Below are positions 27,598 through 37,066 of a stretch of DNA of 54,558 bases, one piece after another. The translations under genes and the position numbers were made by a program. How positions within the stretch are numbered: position 1 is the first letter of the stretch; every line of letters begins with the position of its first letter. This DNA is from a virus (taxonomy: Duplodnaviria > Caudoviricetes). The notes under the pieces are model-generated. The model saw nothing but the letters and a program-made list of their open reading frames with translations, was not told the origin of the DNA and did no database searches. The DNA lies in IMG/VR virus record IMGVR_UViG_3300013125_000008, positions 1 to 54,558 of that record. One strand, given 5' to 3'.

Positions 27598-29505
27598 ATG
27601 CCTTTGATTTCGCCACCGTCTGGTTATACAACAAATTATCATATCTCGAAATGGAATACCGGGGATACTCCCGGCGCTGCGGCGCTAAATGGGAATTGGC
27701 AATTAATCGATACTACGATGTTCAATATTGCAACGACTTATGAAGATGTTTCTTTAACTTACGCAGAAGCAGAAGTATTAGTTAATACGAGCGCTCTTCA
27801 GCCGGGAAAAAATTATTATCTGACCGATATTAATGTGCAGTTAAAAGCATCCTCAACGTCTACGTTTTTTCCCGCCGGGCGTTATATGTACTCTTTAGGA
27901 AAAAAAGCATGGGGAGGAATTAAAATTATAAGTGGCGCTGCCGGGTCGATAAATACGATTACCGTTAATGGCACAAATATTCTTCCTTCGCCTGTAGCGT
28001 ATTCCACACAGACAACTGGATGGTCTTATAATACAGATTTTTATTACGGCGGTACGCATACCTTTTCATGGGATACTAGCTTAAATCATACTGCAAGTTT
28101 GGTTGCTGCAGCTATTACAGCAGGCAGCGCCGTTTACAAGGCGTATTCAATCAATAGTTATATTATTATAGAAGCTTTAGCTGATGGAACGTCAGCAAAT
28201 GGGGCGGCAATAAGCGGCACGTCTACTACGCTGGTTCTTGGAAGCGCAATAGCAATGGCAAATGGAGCAGCTGCGCTTGAAACACCGCTTATATATGAAT
28301 GTTATTATGATTTTCCGCTTAATAAAATCTATCGATTATACGATCCGGTGTATAATAATGATGTTGTACAAGATTTAACATTTCAAACTGCGCAAGGCGG
28401 AAGTTCGATTTTTAATTTTCCGTGGAACTGCTCAAATGTTTATAATAATAGAATGGAAAATATCGTAACGTGGAAATCATTTTTTAATTCGTCTTCCAAA
28501 ATTTTCGGTAATTTTTGCAAAGAAGGAGGATTTGGAAATAATTTATTATCTGGTACGAGTTATATAGCTTGCAACTTTTTTCAGTACGGATATATTATAA
28601 ATAACGAGATACTTTTGAATAGTTGGATAGAGGGTAATTCTCTCAGAGGAAGTTATACCTATCAAGGAAGAGTTGCAGCTCAAATAAGTGATAATTATCT
28701 CTATAATGGTTCTTACTTAACCGGAAATACTCTTATCGGTTCTGTAATGAATTCGAATAGCGTAAGTAATGGTGCAGCATTTTATTCGAATTATTTAGAT
28801 ACAGTTGCAGGGATAATCGCTAATACATTTTCGGCTGCTACTTGTCGTTTAATGGCTTGCCGTATTGGCAGTCGAATGCTTTTTGCAGGAAATACAGCAA
28901 CTACGAACGTTATTATGAACAGTAATAATTTTAATGACGGCTGTAGTATTGCATTTAATACCTTCTCGTATGTTTATTTAGATGATTGTACCTTTCTTGC
29001 AACTGATTTTTATGCGAATGTGCTAACATATACGTTTATGCCGGGCGTTTATGCTGTTAGTTATTCTCAAAAAAATACAACATTAGCCGGATATTCTGGA
29101 AAATATCAATTTATGGAGATGAATAGAAATACGTACACATTAAATATGGGAGTAGTAGTAGGATTTAATGGTACTGCCGGACACGGCGCTACCGGAGATA
29201 TTATACCTCTTTTTTCGATGCGGCCGTACGATGTAATTCAGAGTGGATTTTATAATAATGCTAGTCTTATGTCCGGGTCTGCAGACACGATGATTAAAGT
29301 CGGGCTTGCGGGATTAGACGATGACTGTATTCTTGCACCAACTCTCGTCTCTTCTCTTATGTCCGGACTTAACGCGTTGCCCGCTTCGCCTACACTTACG
29401 TATCCGACTGCTGATCCTACTAATGTGGTATTAACAATTGTTAGTGGATCTTTGACAGGCGGACGATTAACATTTAATTTGCACGGTTATGTAAAACTTC
29501 CTTAA
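27598..29505 (+). CDS. tail fibre/spike with Asn-rich parallel beta-helix region
   Basis: 635 aa; N-terminal anchor (LNGNWQLID), ~11-aa Asn-ladder repeats (IFGNF, FGNNL, IACNF, IINNE, IEGNS, ISDNY, LTGNT). Confidence 0.6.
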   Translation: MPLISPPSGYTTNYHISKWNTGDTPGAAALNGNWQLIDTTMFNIATTYEDVSLTYAEAEVLVNTSALQPGKNYYLTDINVQLKASSTSTFFPAGRYMYSLGKKAWGGIKIISGAAGSINTITVNGTNILPSPVAYSTQTTGWSYNTDFYYGGTHTFSWDTSLNHTASLVAAAITAGSAVYKAYSINSYIIIEALADGTSANGAAISGTSTTLVLGSAIAMANGAAALETPLIYECYYDFPLNKIYRLYDPVYNNDVVQDLTFQTAQGGSSIFNFPWNCSNVYNNRMENIVTWKSFFNSSSKIFGNFCKEGGFGNNLLSGTSYIACNFFQYGYIINNEILLNSWIEGNSLRGSYTYQGRVAAQISDNYLYNGSYLTGNTLIGSVMNSNSVSNGAAFYSNYLDTVAGIIANTFSAATCRLMACRIGSRMLFAGNTATTNVIMNSNNFNDGCSIAFNTFSYVYLDDCTFLATDFYANVLTYTFMPGVYAVSYSQKNTTLAGYSGKYQFMEMNRNTYTLNMGVVVGFNGTAGHGATGDIIPLFSMRPYDVIQSGFYNNASLMSGSADTMIKVGLAGLDDDCILAPTLVSSLMSGLNALPASPTLTYPTADPTNVVLTIVSGSLTGGRLTFNLHGYVKLP

Positions 29506-29523
29506 TTAATGGAGATATAATTT

Positions 29524-29784
29524 ATGCTAACAATCAATATTCAACCGATAGATATTCCTATAAAACCGGGAGTAACCGATTCGGCAGTAAGTATTTCAAT
29601 CATCAGCGTTCAAGTACAGCTGAATGAATCTGCTAATATTATTTATCAATATAATAACGCTTCGGGAATTGCTCTACTAACAGGAAATATTCTTATGCTA
29701 GGAACAGCATATTCTCAATGGGGAAATAATGATGATATTGTTGCAGAATTTTTAATAACATCACTGCAATTAATTAGAGCGTAA
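29524..29784 (+). CDS. small fibre-associated protein
   Basis: 86 aa after fibre; GGAG RBS; AYSQWGNNDD motif. Confidence 0.55.
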   Translation: MLTINIQPIDIPIKPGVTDSAVSISIISVQVQLNESANIIYQYNNASGIALLTGNILMLGTAYSQWGNNDDIVAEFLITSLQLIRA

Positions 29785-29804
29785 GCAGTAAGGAGATAAT
29801 TAAC

Positions 29805-30377
29805 GTGGAATTTTTAAATATTGTCGGCGCCGCGGATCGCGTAATAGAAATCGCAGAAACCTACGTAGGCGTTAAAGAGACGGGAAGCAATCGCGGAGAT
29901 AAAATAGACGAAATTGAGAAAATGTTCGGGCTGCTCGGACAGCCGTATTGCGCAATGTTTGTGCTTTATTGTATAGCGAAAGCTTATCCGAGAGCGGATA
30001 TAATAAAAACAGCTTCTTCTCAGACGTTATACGCTTGGGCAGATAAGAAAAAATTTACGTATAGCGATCCGAAATTATTATCTCCGGGGGATATAGTTAT
30101 TTGGAGAAAGTTCAAGCTGTGGCAAGGCCATGTCGGTTTAGTTACGTCAGCATTAAAGACTGTCAATTTATCTGTTTCGGGACAGGTTGAAGTTGTTTCT
30201 CCTCAGTTTACAACAATTGAAGGCAATACTGCAAATTCTGATTTTGGAAATCAGCGAGAGGGTGACGGAATTTATAAACGTATTAGATACGCGAAAAAGC
30301 TAGATTTTGCAGTAGATAATTTTTACTTACGCGGATTTATCAGTCTTACTAGCTTATTACAAAATAAGCCTGCCTGA
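29805..30377 (+). CDS. CHAP-domain peptidoglycan peptidase
   Basis: AETYVGVKE..SNRG, PYCAMFV (Cys), GDIVIW, GHVGLV (His), TIEGNT; GTG start with AAGGAG. Confidence 0.85.
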   Translation: MEFLNIVGAADRVIEIAETYVGVKETGSNRGDKIDEIEKMFGLLGQPYCAMFVLYCIAKAYPRADIIKTASSQTLYAWADKKKFTYSDPKLLSPGDIVIWRKFKLWQGHVGLVTSALKTVNLSVSGQVEVVSPQFTTIEGNTANSDFGNQREGDGIYKRIRYAKKLDFAVDNFYLRGFISLTSLLQNKPA

Positions 30378-30398
30378 TTGAGAAGAGTTAAATGTTTT

Positions 30399-30408
30399 CC
30401 TATTATTT
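30399..30408 (+). promoter_or_regulatory. candidate late promoter motif CCTATTATTT upstream of baseplate spike gene
   Basis: Intergenic copy of the recurring motif. Confidence 0.35.
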
Positions 30409-30443
30409 TGATAACGAACCTATTTAATTAATATAGCATATCG

Positions 30444-31616
30444 ATGACGTTAATTAAGCGCAAAAAAATTTTTCCGGGCGATGTAAAAAGCTCGACGGTG
30501 CCGAGAGATATAAGTAACTTCACTCGAATTGGGCAGATTACAGGAGTAAATATTGAGGAAGGCCTCTGTACTGTTAAGTGGTTAGATGCTCCGGGAACGC
30601 GAAACGATGTGCTAATCACGCAAAGTAGTCCCGGAGAGTGGGTTATTCCCCCGCAGGGCGCAATTGTTCTTATCGCTACGGATAGTAAAGACCAAGCGCG
30701 ATTATTAAGGTATATTAATATCGGACAAGGTCAGCGAATGACTCAAACTAATACTCTTCCAAAATTTCAAGAAGGTGAGAAGTTTTGGGAGACAGGAGGA
30801 TCTTACCTTTACATGCGAAGTAATGGAGATATCGTATTGTCAACGCTATCTGAAGGTTATTTTATAATTGAAAATTCGACCGGATCTTTAAAAAGTGAAA
30901 CTATTAACTGGCAAGTGCTTACCGAAGCCGGTAAGCAGTATATGGGACTTATAAAACGTTATCAAATTGCTGCAGACGGTACGAATAGGTATACAACCGT
31001 TGCTCGAAGCACCGGAGAATTATTGACCGAATATGCGGTAAAAATTTATGAGACTGCTGACGGCACTCTCGGAAGTGCAGAATCTCCCGTTATTGAAATT
31101 ATGATGGGAACGCTAGTAAGTGATCTTGGAATAGTTACAGATAAGAACGGAGTTCCAATAACAACAGCAACTGCAGATAAAGAAGTAGCCGTACGGATTA
31201 AAATTAATCCTCCAGGCGGAGCTGCATCAACTGTATTAGTAATAGATAAACAAGGTGAAATTTCTTTACAGAGCGCTAAATTAAATATTAACGCTGCAAG
31301 CGTTGATGCTGCAGATCCGGATATTACTAAACTGACCGAGACTAATAATACCGCTTTAGGTACGCGAGGTCAGCATGTAGCGCGAGAGCATGATGAACTT
31401 ACAATTCCAGTAGCTACTACCTATAATGATCCGGTGCATAAAGGATTAGAAGCGTTAGCAGCAAGCAATATGGAATTTTTTGCAGCACTTGCTAGTGCAT
31501 TTGTTTCTCCAAATGGCCCGTGCACGTTTAACGCTGCGATATTTGCAAATAATACAAAAGTTCTGAAAGGACAGATTACCGCCGGGGCTGAAAATATTTT
31601 AATAGGAGATAGATGA
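30444..31616 (+). CDS. baseplate central spike (gp5/GpV-like)
   Basis: N-terminal OB-fold pattern RIGQITGVNIEEGLCTVKW...PPQGAIVLI, beta-strand repeats, ends GQITAGAENILIG. Confidence 0.65.
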   Translation: MTLIKRKKIFPGDVKSSTVPRDISNFTRIGQITGVNIEEGLCTVKWLDAPGTRNDVLITQSSPGEWVIPPQGAIVLIATDSKDQARLLRYINIGQGQRMTQTNTLPKFQEGEKFWETGGSYLYMRSNGDIVLSTLSEGYFIIENSTGSLKSETINWQVLTEAGKQYMGLIKRYQIAADGTNRYTTVARSTGELLTEYAVKIYETADGTLGSAESPVIEIMMGTLVSDLGIVTDKNGVPITTATADKEVAVRIKINPPGGAASTVLVIDKQGEISLQSAKLNINAASVDAADPDITKLTETNNTALGTRGQHVAREHDELTIPVATTYNDPVHKGLEALAASNMEFFAALASAFVSPNGPCTFNAAIFANNTKVLKGQITAGAENILIGDR

Positions 31617-31897
31617 TGGCTCTCGATAAGACAATATTAGGAGCTGCAATGTGTGCAAAAGTGCTTGCAACGCCTGCCGGTACAGGACATACGGTAGGTT
31701 CAGTATTAAGTGAAGAGCAGCTAGTGGATGTTAGACAGCAATGGCTAGATATTGCAGATGTGATTATTTCGCACATTCGAGCTTACGGAGAAGTAACTGT
31801 AACCGTTCCTGCAGGTACTGTACTTATTGCAGCTACGGGAGGAGTTCCTAATTCAACACCTATCAAAATTGGTCCTGCGAATTCGAGTATCGAGTAA
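31613..31897 (+). CDS. small baseplate/spike-associated protein
   Basis: 94 aa, ATGA overlap with spike gene. Confidence 0.55.
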   Translation: MMALDKTILGAAMCAKVLATPAGTGHTVGSVLSEEQLVDVRQQWLDIADVIISHIRAYGEVTVTVPAGTVLIAATGGVPNSTPIKIGPANSSIE

Positions 31898-32508
31898 TGT
31901 CAATTAAACAAACAGAGGATAGTATTTTAGATGCTCTCGGCGTAACGTCTAACAGAAGCCAATGGCTTACGGTATTACGAGTTGTTACCATATTATCTAA
32001 AAGTTTTAGAAATGCGATGCTTACGCAATTATTATTACTTGAGAATCAATTGCATATAGCTAAAGCGGCGTTGCAATTACAAGTGGCGAGGGCAGATACG
32101 ATATCGAATGCTATTAACGAGCTTCGACCACAGTTAGCGCAATTGTTGTCTCCGGTAGATAAATTTATGCAATCTTATCCTCTAGATCAAGCCCTGGCCG
32201 TAGAGGGCGTTCCTTACGCAGGAGATGTTAAAAAAGAGTTTACGAAATTCTTACAATCACTATTAAATAATTTATCTTTAAGTATTCCGTCGTGGCTTAA
32301 AACGGTAGTAGAACGCTCAGCATTGGCAGGATTTTCGTTCGACGGCATTAATACATACGGAGATTTAAAACGAAAATTAGATGATCTTTTGTTTCGCTCT
32401 GCAAGAGCTACGTCTTTAGCGGATCAATCTGCTATAGGTTTAGCTTATATAGAAAATGAATTATTGACAATTAGTATTTACAGACAGATAATCGAGTATT
32501 TAAAGTAG
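31897..32508 (+). CDS. hypothetical helical baseplate-module protein
   Basis: 203 aa, TAATG overlap. Confidence 0.6.
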   Translation: MSIKQTEDSILDALGVTSNRSQWLTVLRVVTILSKSFRNAMLTQLLLLENQLHIAKAALQLQVARADTISNAINELRPQLAQLLSPVDKFMQSYPLDQALAVEGVPYAGDVKKEFTKFLQSLLNNLSLSIPSWLKTVVERSALAGFSFDGINTYGDLKRKLDDLLFRSARATSLADQSAIGLAYIENELLTISIYRQIIEYLK

Positions 32509-32509
32509 T

Positions 32510-32983
32510 ATGGATTTACAATCAGTAGTAACATGCGATCATAGAGCAGGAGATCCTGTAGAGGTGTTTACGCTTACTACATGTCCTAAATGTTTAGGTA
32601 AAGGCTATTACGCCGATTTTGTAATAGGCACGAGTAATGTACTCTTAACTACAGATTCAATAAGTTATCTTATGCAAGCTATACGTAGATTATTATCTAC
32701 GAAAAGAAGAGCAAGCGGTTACGGATTCGATTTAGCGCTTCTTTCTAAGCCTTCTGCGCAGGATGAAATAAAAAATGAGGTAATGAGATGCTTGCAGTAT
32801 CTAAAAACTCTTCAAGATATGCAGATCAGGCAAGGATTTTATTACAGAACTACTGAAAAAATTGATTCCCTTACAGCTTTATCTATTATTCCAACAACAG
32901 ATGTAAGAAAAGTAATTATTAGTTTAAATTGTATAACGACTTCCGGAAATCAGGTTACTTTGTCCCTTCCGGTAAAACAATAG
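32510..32983 (+). CDS. gp25/GpW-like baseplate wedge subunit with N-terminal CxxC
   Basis: CDH...CPKCLGKG then LMQAIRRLLST...GYG; precedes baseplate J. Confidence 0.6.
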   Translation: MDLQSVVTCDHRAGDPVEVFTLTTCPKCLGKGYYADFVIGTSNVLLTTDSISYLMQAIRRLLSTKRRASGYGFDLALLSKPSAQDEIKNEVMRCLQYLKTLQDMQIRQGFYYRTTEKIDSLTALSIIPTTDVRKVIISLNCITTSGNQVTLSLPVKQ

Positions 32984-32992
32984 GTGTAAGAA

Positions 32993-34399
32993 ATGGCGAA
33001 AGCGTTAGCAACAATTATTAGTGATTTACGCCGCAGAATATCCTCTCGCAGACCGGCGTTATCCTTAGAAGAAGGCTCGTTACCGGACGATGTGCTTATA
33101 CAGCCCTCCGCAGCTGAATTTAAAATTATATACGATGAGGCAGAGACGGTAAACTTAAATCAATCTATACTAACTGCAAATAGTGATGGATTAGATATTG
33201 CTGCGGAGAATATAGGCATTTTAAGAAAGTTAGAGATTGCAGCAGCGGGATACTGTACATTTTTTAAGAGAACTTCTCCGACTATAGATATTATTATTCC
33301 GCTCGGAACGGCTGTAACTACAGAAGTACAAGGCGATAATAGCGGAGTGCAATTTATTACTACGCAAGCATTAACGATGTATGCTTCGTTAGCCGCATCT
33401 TATTTAAACCCTAGTACAAATGTTTATGAATTAGTTGTTCCGATAGTTGCCGTACTTCCGGGAGTAACCGGCGTTGTAGGCGCAGATGCTATTTTAAGAA
33501 TAGTATCTACTATTTCTGGTATAGACGGATGCTATAATGCAGTCGGCACAAGCGGCGGTACATCTAAAGAATCGGACACTGCTTTACAAGGAAGAATTGC
33601 CGAAAAACAGCAGGGACTTACAGTCGGAACGTACGGCGGATATATTAATGAAGTTTTAGCTTTTTCGAATGTCGAAGATGCTAAAGTTATCGGCAGAGGA
33701 GAGACGAGTCGTCTAGATGTAGGTGCTATAGATATTTATATTAAAGGTAAAATCAGCAGAGGAGCGCTCGATGTATTACCGGACAATGCTGCAATACTAC
33801 CTAACGGCTGGAAGTTTTTGCATCAACCGCTAGATGCTGCTGTCGCAGTTTCTGCGTCTTCAGCCGCTTCCGGATCGTTAACGTTACCGGCGGGAAGTGT
33901 CGTAATAGATACTGGAAGTTATGCGGGCTCTATTAGAGCTGAAGATAAATTAGCAGACTTATCTACATTTCCTTTCTCTAGCTACGGAAATTTAATAATG
34001 AGCTACGCATATAATGGATTAATAGAAGATATACAAGCGTATTTTGATACATCCTCACGGGCGATAGTTAATGCGGATGTCTTAGTAAAAAGCGCGGTAG
34101 ATATACCTATAGACTTAGAAGTGACTATAAAAGTACTAGCTGGATTTGATCCTTTGATTGTACAGGCTGAGGTTTATACGAATTTATCTATTTTCTTTTC
34201 TCAATTTGCAATTCAAGCTGAAGTACAGCAAGCAGATATTGCAAGAGAGATTTTAAATACTCCCGGAATAGATGATGTATATCTTCCGTTCGCTACTTTA
34301 CAAAGTTCAGATGGAACAATTCTTAGAAATTCTAATAATAATTTAACTATTCCCGCATATGCGTACGCATCTGAAGGAGAGTTTTTGATTACTTACTAG
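32993..34399 (+). CDS. baseplate wedge protein (P2 GpJ / T4 gp6-like)
   Basis: LDIAAENIGILRK, IPLGTAVTT, GGTSKESDTALQGRI, GAIDIYI, ILNTPGIDDV. Confidence 0.85.
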   Translation: MAKALATIISDLRRRISSRRPALSLEEGSLPDDVLIQPSAAEFKIIYDEAETVNLNQSILTANSDGLDIAAENIGILRKLEIAAAGYCTFFKRTSPTIDIIIPLGTAVTTEVQGDNSGVQFITTQALTMYASLAASYLNPSTNVYELVVPIVAVLPGVTGVVGADAILRIVSTISGIDGCYNAVGTSGGTSKESDTALQGRIAEKQQGLTVGTYGGYINEVLAFSNVEDAKVIGRGETSRLDVGAIDIYIKGKISRGALDVLPDNAAILPNGWKFLHQPLDAAVAVSASSAASGSLTLPAGSVVIDTGSYAGSIRAEDKLADLSTFPFSSYGNLIMSYAYNGLIEDIQAYFDTSSRAIVNADVLVKSAVDIPIDLEVTIKVLAGFDPLIVQAEVYTNLSIFFSQFAIQAEVQQADIAREILNTPGIDDVYLPFATLQSSDGTILRNSNNNLTIPAYAYASEGEFLITY

Positions 34400-34408
34400 G
34401 CGGAAAAA

Positions 34409-37051
34409 ATGGCAGTTTTTTTAGATTGGAAATCAACAGCGGCGAGATCGAAAGAGCGATTTATAAATCGCCTCTTCGGCTATTTATCTCCGACGCTATA
34501 TCCGATTAATATTATAGGTACGGTAGAATATGACGTGTTGTCTGCGTATGCTGAAGAATTTGCCTCTGGCTCTGCAGAAATAAATTCAGTATTTCGCGAT
34601 TTGTCGTTAAGTACCGCTAGAATTTCCGCTATAGCTAATAGAAGTTATTCAAAACTTTACGATAATTTCGGAATAGTATTAGGCGTTAATAAGCTTACAG
34701 AGCAAAATTACGAGACATTTAATACCGGCTCATATCTTAATTCTTATAGAGAAGAATTACGTACGTTATTTGAAGCTGCGTATGCGAGAACGTCTCGCTA
34801 CGCGGTAGAGAGAGTAGGAAACGCTTATACTGGCGTTGCGCCGCTTGTTGTAGATTATTCGTTGCAAAGAGCGCGGATGAAACTTAATTATAAAGTTGCG
34901 ACGGTAGTATCTTCTAATGAAATTAATCGTAATTTTTCAGTATTAGATGACGGCACGAAATTGCATGGATTTATGTTAGCAAGTGAAGGAGATACCGTAA
35001 CGATTTGTAACGGTAAGATTGGACAGACTAAGATTTTTTCACGAGAAAAAGTTCTTTCAAGTCCGGATATAATTTGTTTTCCTTCTTCAAGCTTATCGAC
35101 TGCTGGAAAATCATTTATTCAAGATCAATTATTAAAGTCCTTGCGAGTAGATCAATTTTCTGATTTTTCTTACTCCGATGATTATTCTTATCAACGATGG
35201 ACAGCACCAACCGGATCTTCTGCTGTAGCCTACGATACTTATTTAGAAATTACTCCATCCGGCGTAATGAGAAATAGTAGAGATCTTCCCGTTTACGGAC
35301 ATTTTATAACAGGAAGTTTAATGGAAATGCCTCCGTCTTTTTTAACAGGATCGAATTCTTATTATCCCGATTTCTTTATTAAGACATTAAATGATAGTCA
35401 TTGTCAGACTTACTTACGATTTAGTAATTCTACTACGCTTTCTGAACTTACTTATTTTTCGGAAATGACTAATGAATTAGTAGAGCCGATGATATTTAGA
35501 ACCTCTCTTAAGCCCGCATTTATAACAACAGGAAGCCTAGGAGCTCATTATTTACCTGATCAAAATCATAAAAGTGGAACGTGTAAAGATTTATTTGATA
35601 TTTCCGGTAATGCTATAACATTAGTTCATGACTTGGGATCTCCTTATAATCTTGAAAGTCGTTTAGAAAATAGAGCGGGAGTTTCGTGCTCAGGAAGCAT
35701 GCTTCGGTACGTCGGAAATACCTCTCCCGAATTATTTATGACAGGGGATTGGTATTGTATGTTTTGGGTGTGGGGATTAAACTCTGGAAATACCGGAAAC
35801 ATAGTATTTAAAGTTCAAAATACGGTTGATACTTTTTTAGGATTGAGTGATATAGGATACGCTTGCGATATAGATATTAGTAATTCTCTAATAATTATTT
35901 CTTGGGATAACGGCAGCTCGACGTATACGCAAGCTGCCAGTATTGCTGCGTGGACAGCGATAGATTATTCTCAACCGCACTTATGTACATTTATTTACGC
36001 GGGCGGAACTGTTAGTTTATATATCGACGATCAGCGGCTTACTGAAGTTCCCGCAACTACAGCTTTTCCGGTATTGACTATTGCAAGACCGTCTTTATTA
36101 ATAGCGGGCGGAATTCTTGGAATTGATGAATTAATTATTGAGGGTGCCGCCCTTACTGAAGCGGATGTAGTCAACGTGTTCGAAAATACGAAACTGCGAT
36201 TTACTTCGCCGTATTTTCGGCCGCACGACGCTTTAAGTTTAGCGAGACAGTACGTTCAGCCCGCGTATAAACTTTTTTCTAATAGGGCGAAGGAGATAGA
36301 AATTCATCAATTTTCAGTAAGAGGAGCTGAGCTTTCTATTATACAATCTGTAAATAATCGTTTTGTAGAAGTACCGAAAATATATGGAAATTATTATCAT
36401 GCGCTTAGCGGTAGTATAATTAACGGCGGAACTAATTATGTTGTTGGAGATATTATTTCGTACGCGGACGCATCAGCAAGGCAAAATAATGAAATTTTGA
36501 GAGAGGGAGATTTTTACGCTTCTGATCAATGGAGTGTTCCGGTAGGTGTTACTATAGGAGGTGGATTAGCACAATTTGCAGCAGTTGCTCAATGGGATAC
36601 GTTATCTCAACTTTTTGTAACTACTATTGGTGATACGTATACACTTACATTCACTCTCTCTGACTCTGGCGTTTTTATCGGAGGCGTAGCAGTAGATGTT
36701 AGTACGCCGTCTAACACAAACGGTAGTTTTTCAGGAAGTTACGTTTACTGGCTTGTGCCTGGAGTATGCTACCTCGATTTTATTGCAACTAGCACAACGT
36801 TTTCTTTTGTTGCGTGGGGAGGAGCACACAATAATTTATACAATATTTCTTCAGCTTCTATCACGCAAGTGCGCGCTGTAAAATTTGAAGTTTTATCTGT
36901 AGGTCCAGTTTTATATGAAATTACAACCATGACATTACACGACGCAGGAAGTTTTATTGCTCCCATTCCATTAACTGCCGTGCCGGTAACTGGAGGTACC
37001 GGCGAAGGAGCTGAAATTTTAATAACGTGGTCTACACGGGGATTTTTTTAA
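34409..37051 (+). CDS. large baseplate wedge-associated protein with LamG/concanavalin-like and carbohydrate-binding-like domains
   Basis: N-term LYDNFG..LG...YREELRTL (GpI/gp7-like); WYCMFWV...HLCTFIY.GGTVSLYIDD...IDELII (LamG); LREGDF...LSQLF.TTIGDTYTLTF (CBM-like). Confidence 0.55.
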   Translation: MAVFLDWKSTAARSKERFINRLFGYLSPTLYPINIIGTVEYDVLSAYAEEFASGSAEINSVFRDLSLSTARISAIANRSYSKLYDNFGIVLGVNKLTEQNYETFNTGSYLNSYREELRTLFEAAYARTSRYAVERVGNAYTGVAPLVVDYSLQRARMKLNYKVATVVSSNEINRNFSVLDDGTKLHGFMLASEGDTVTICNGKIGQTKIFSREKVLSSPDIICFPSSSLSTAGKSFIQDQLLKSLRVDQFSDFSYSDDYSYQRWTAPTGSSAVAYDTYLEITPSGVMRNSRDLPVYGHFITGSLMEMPPSFLTGSNSYYPDFFIKTLNDSHCQTYLRFSNSTTLSELTYFSEMTNELVEPMIFRTSLKPAFITTGSLGAHYLPDQNHKSGTCKDLFDISGNAITLVHDLGSPYNLESRLENRAGVSCSGSMLRYVGNTSPELFMTGDWYCMFWVWGLNSGNTGNIVFKVQNTVDTFLGLSDIGYACDIDISNSLIIISWDNGSSTYTQAASIAAWTAIDYSQPHLCTFIYAGGTVSLYIDDQRLTEVPATTAFPVLTIARPSLLIAGGILGIDELIIEGAALTEADVVNVFENTKLRFTSPYFRPHDALSLARQYVQPAYKLFSNRAKEIEIHQFSVRGAELSIIQSVNNRFVEVPKIYGNYYHALSGSIINGGTNYVVGDIISYADASARQNNEILREGDFYASDQWSVPVGVTIGGGLAQFAAVAQWDTLSQLFVTTIGDTYTLTFTLSDSGVFIGGVAVDVSTPSNTNGSFSGSYVYWLVPGVCYLDFIATSTTFSFVAWGGAHNNLYNISSASITQVRAVKFEVLSVGPVLYEITTMTLHDAGSFIAPIPLTAVPVTGGTGEGAEILITWSTRGFF

Positions 37052-37066
37052 AAAAGGAAGTTTATT

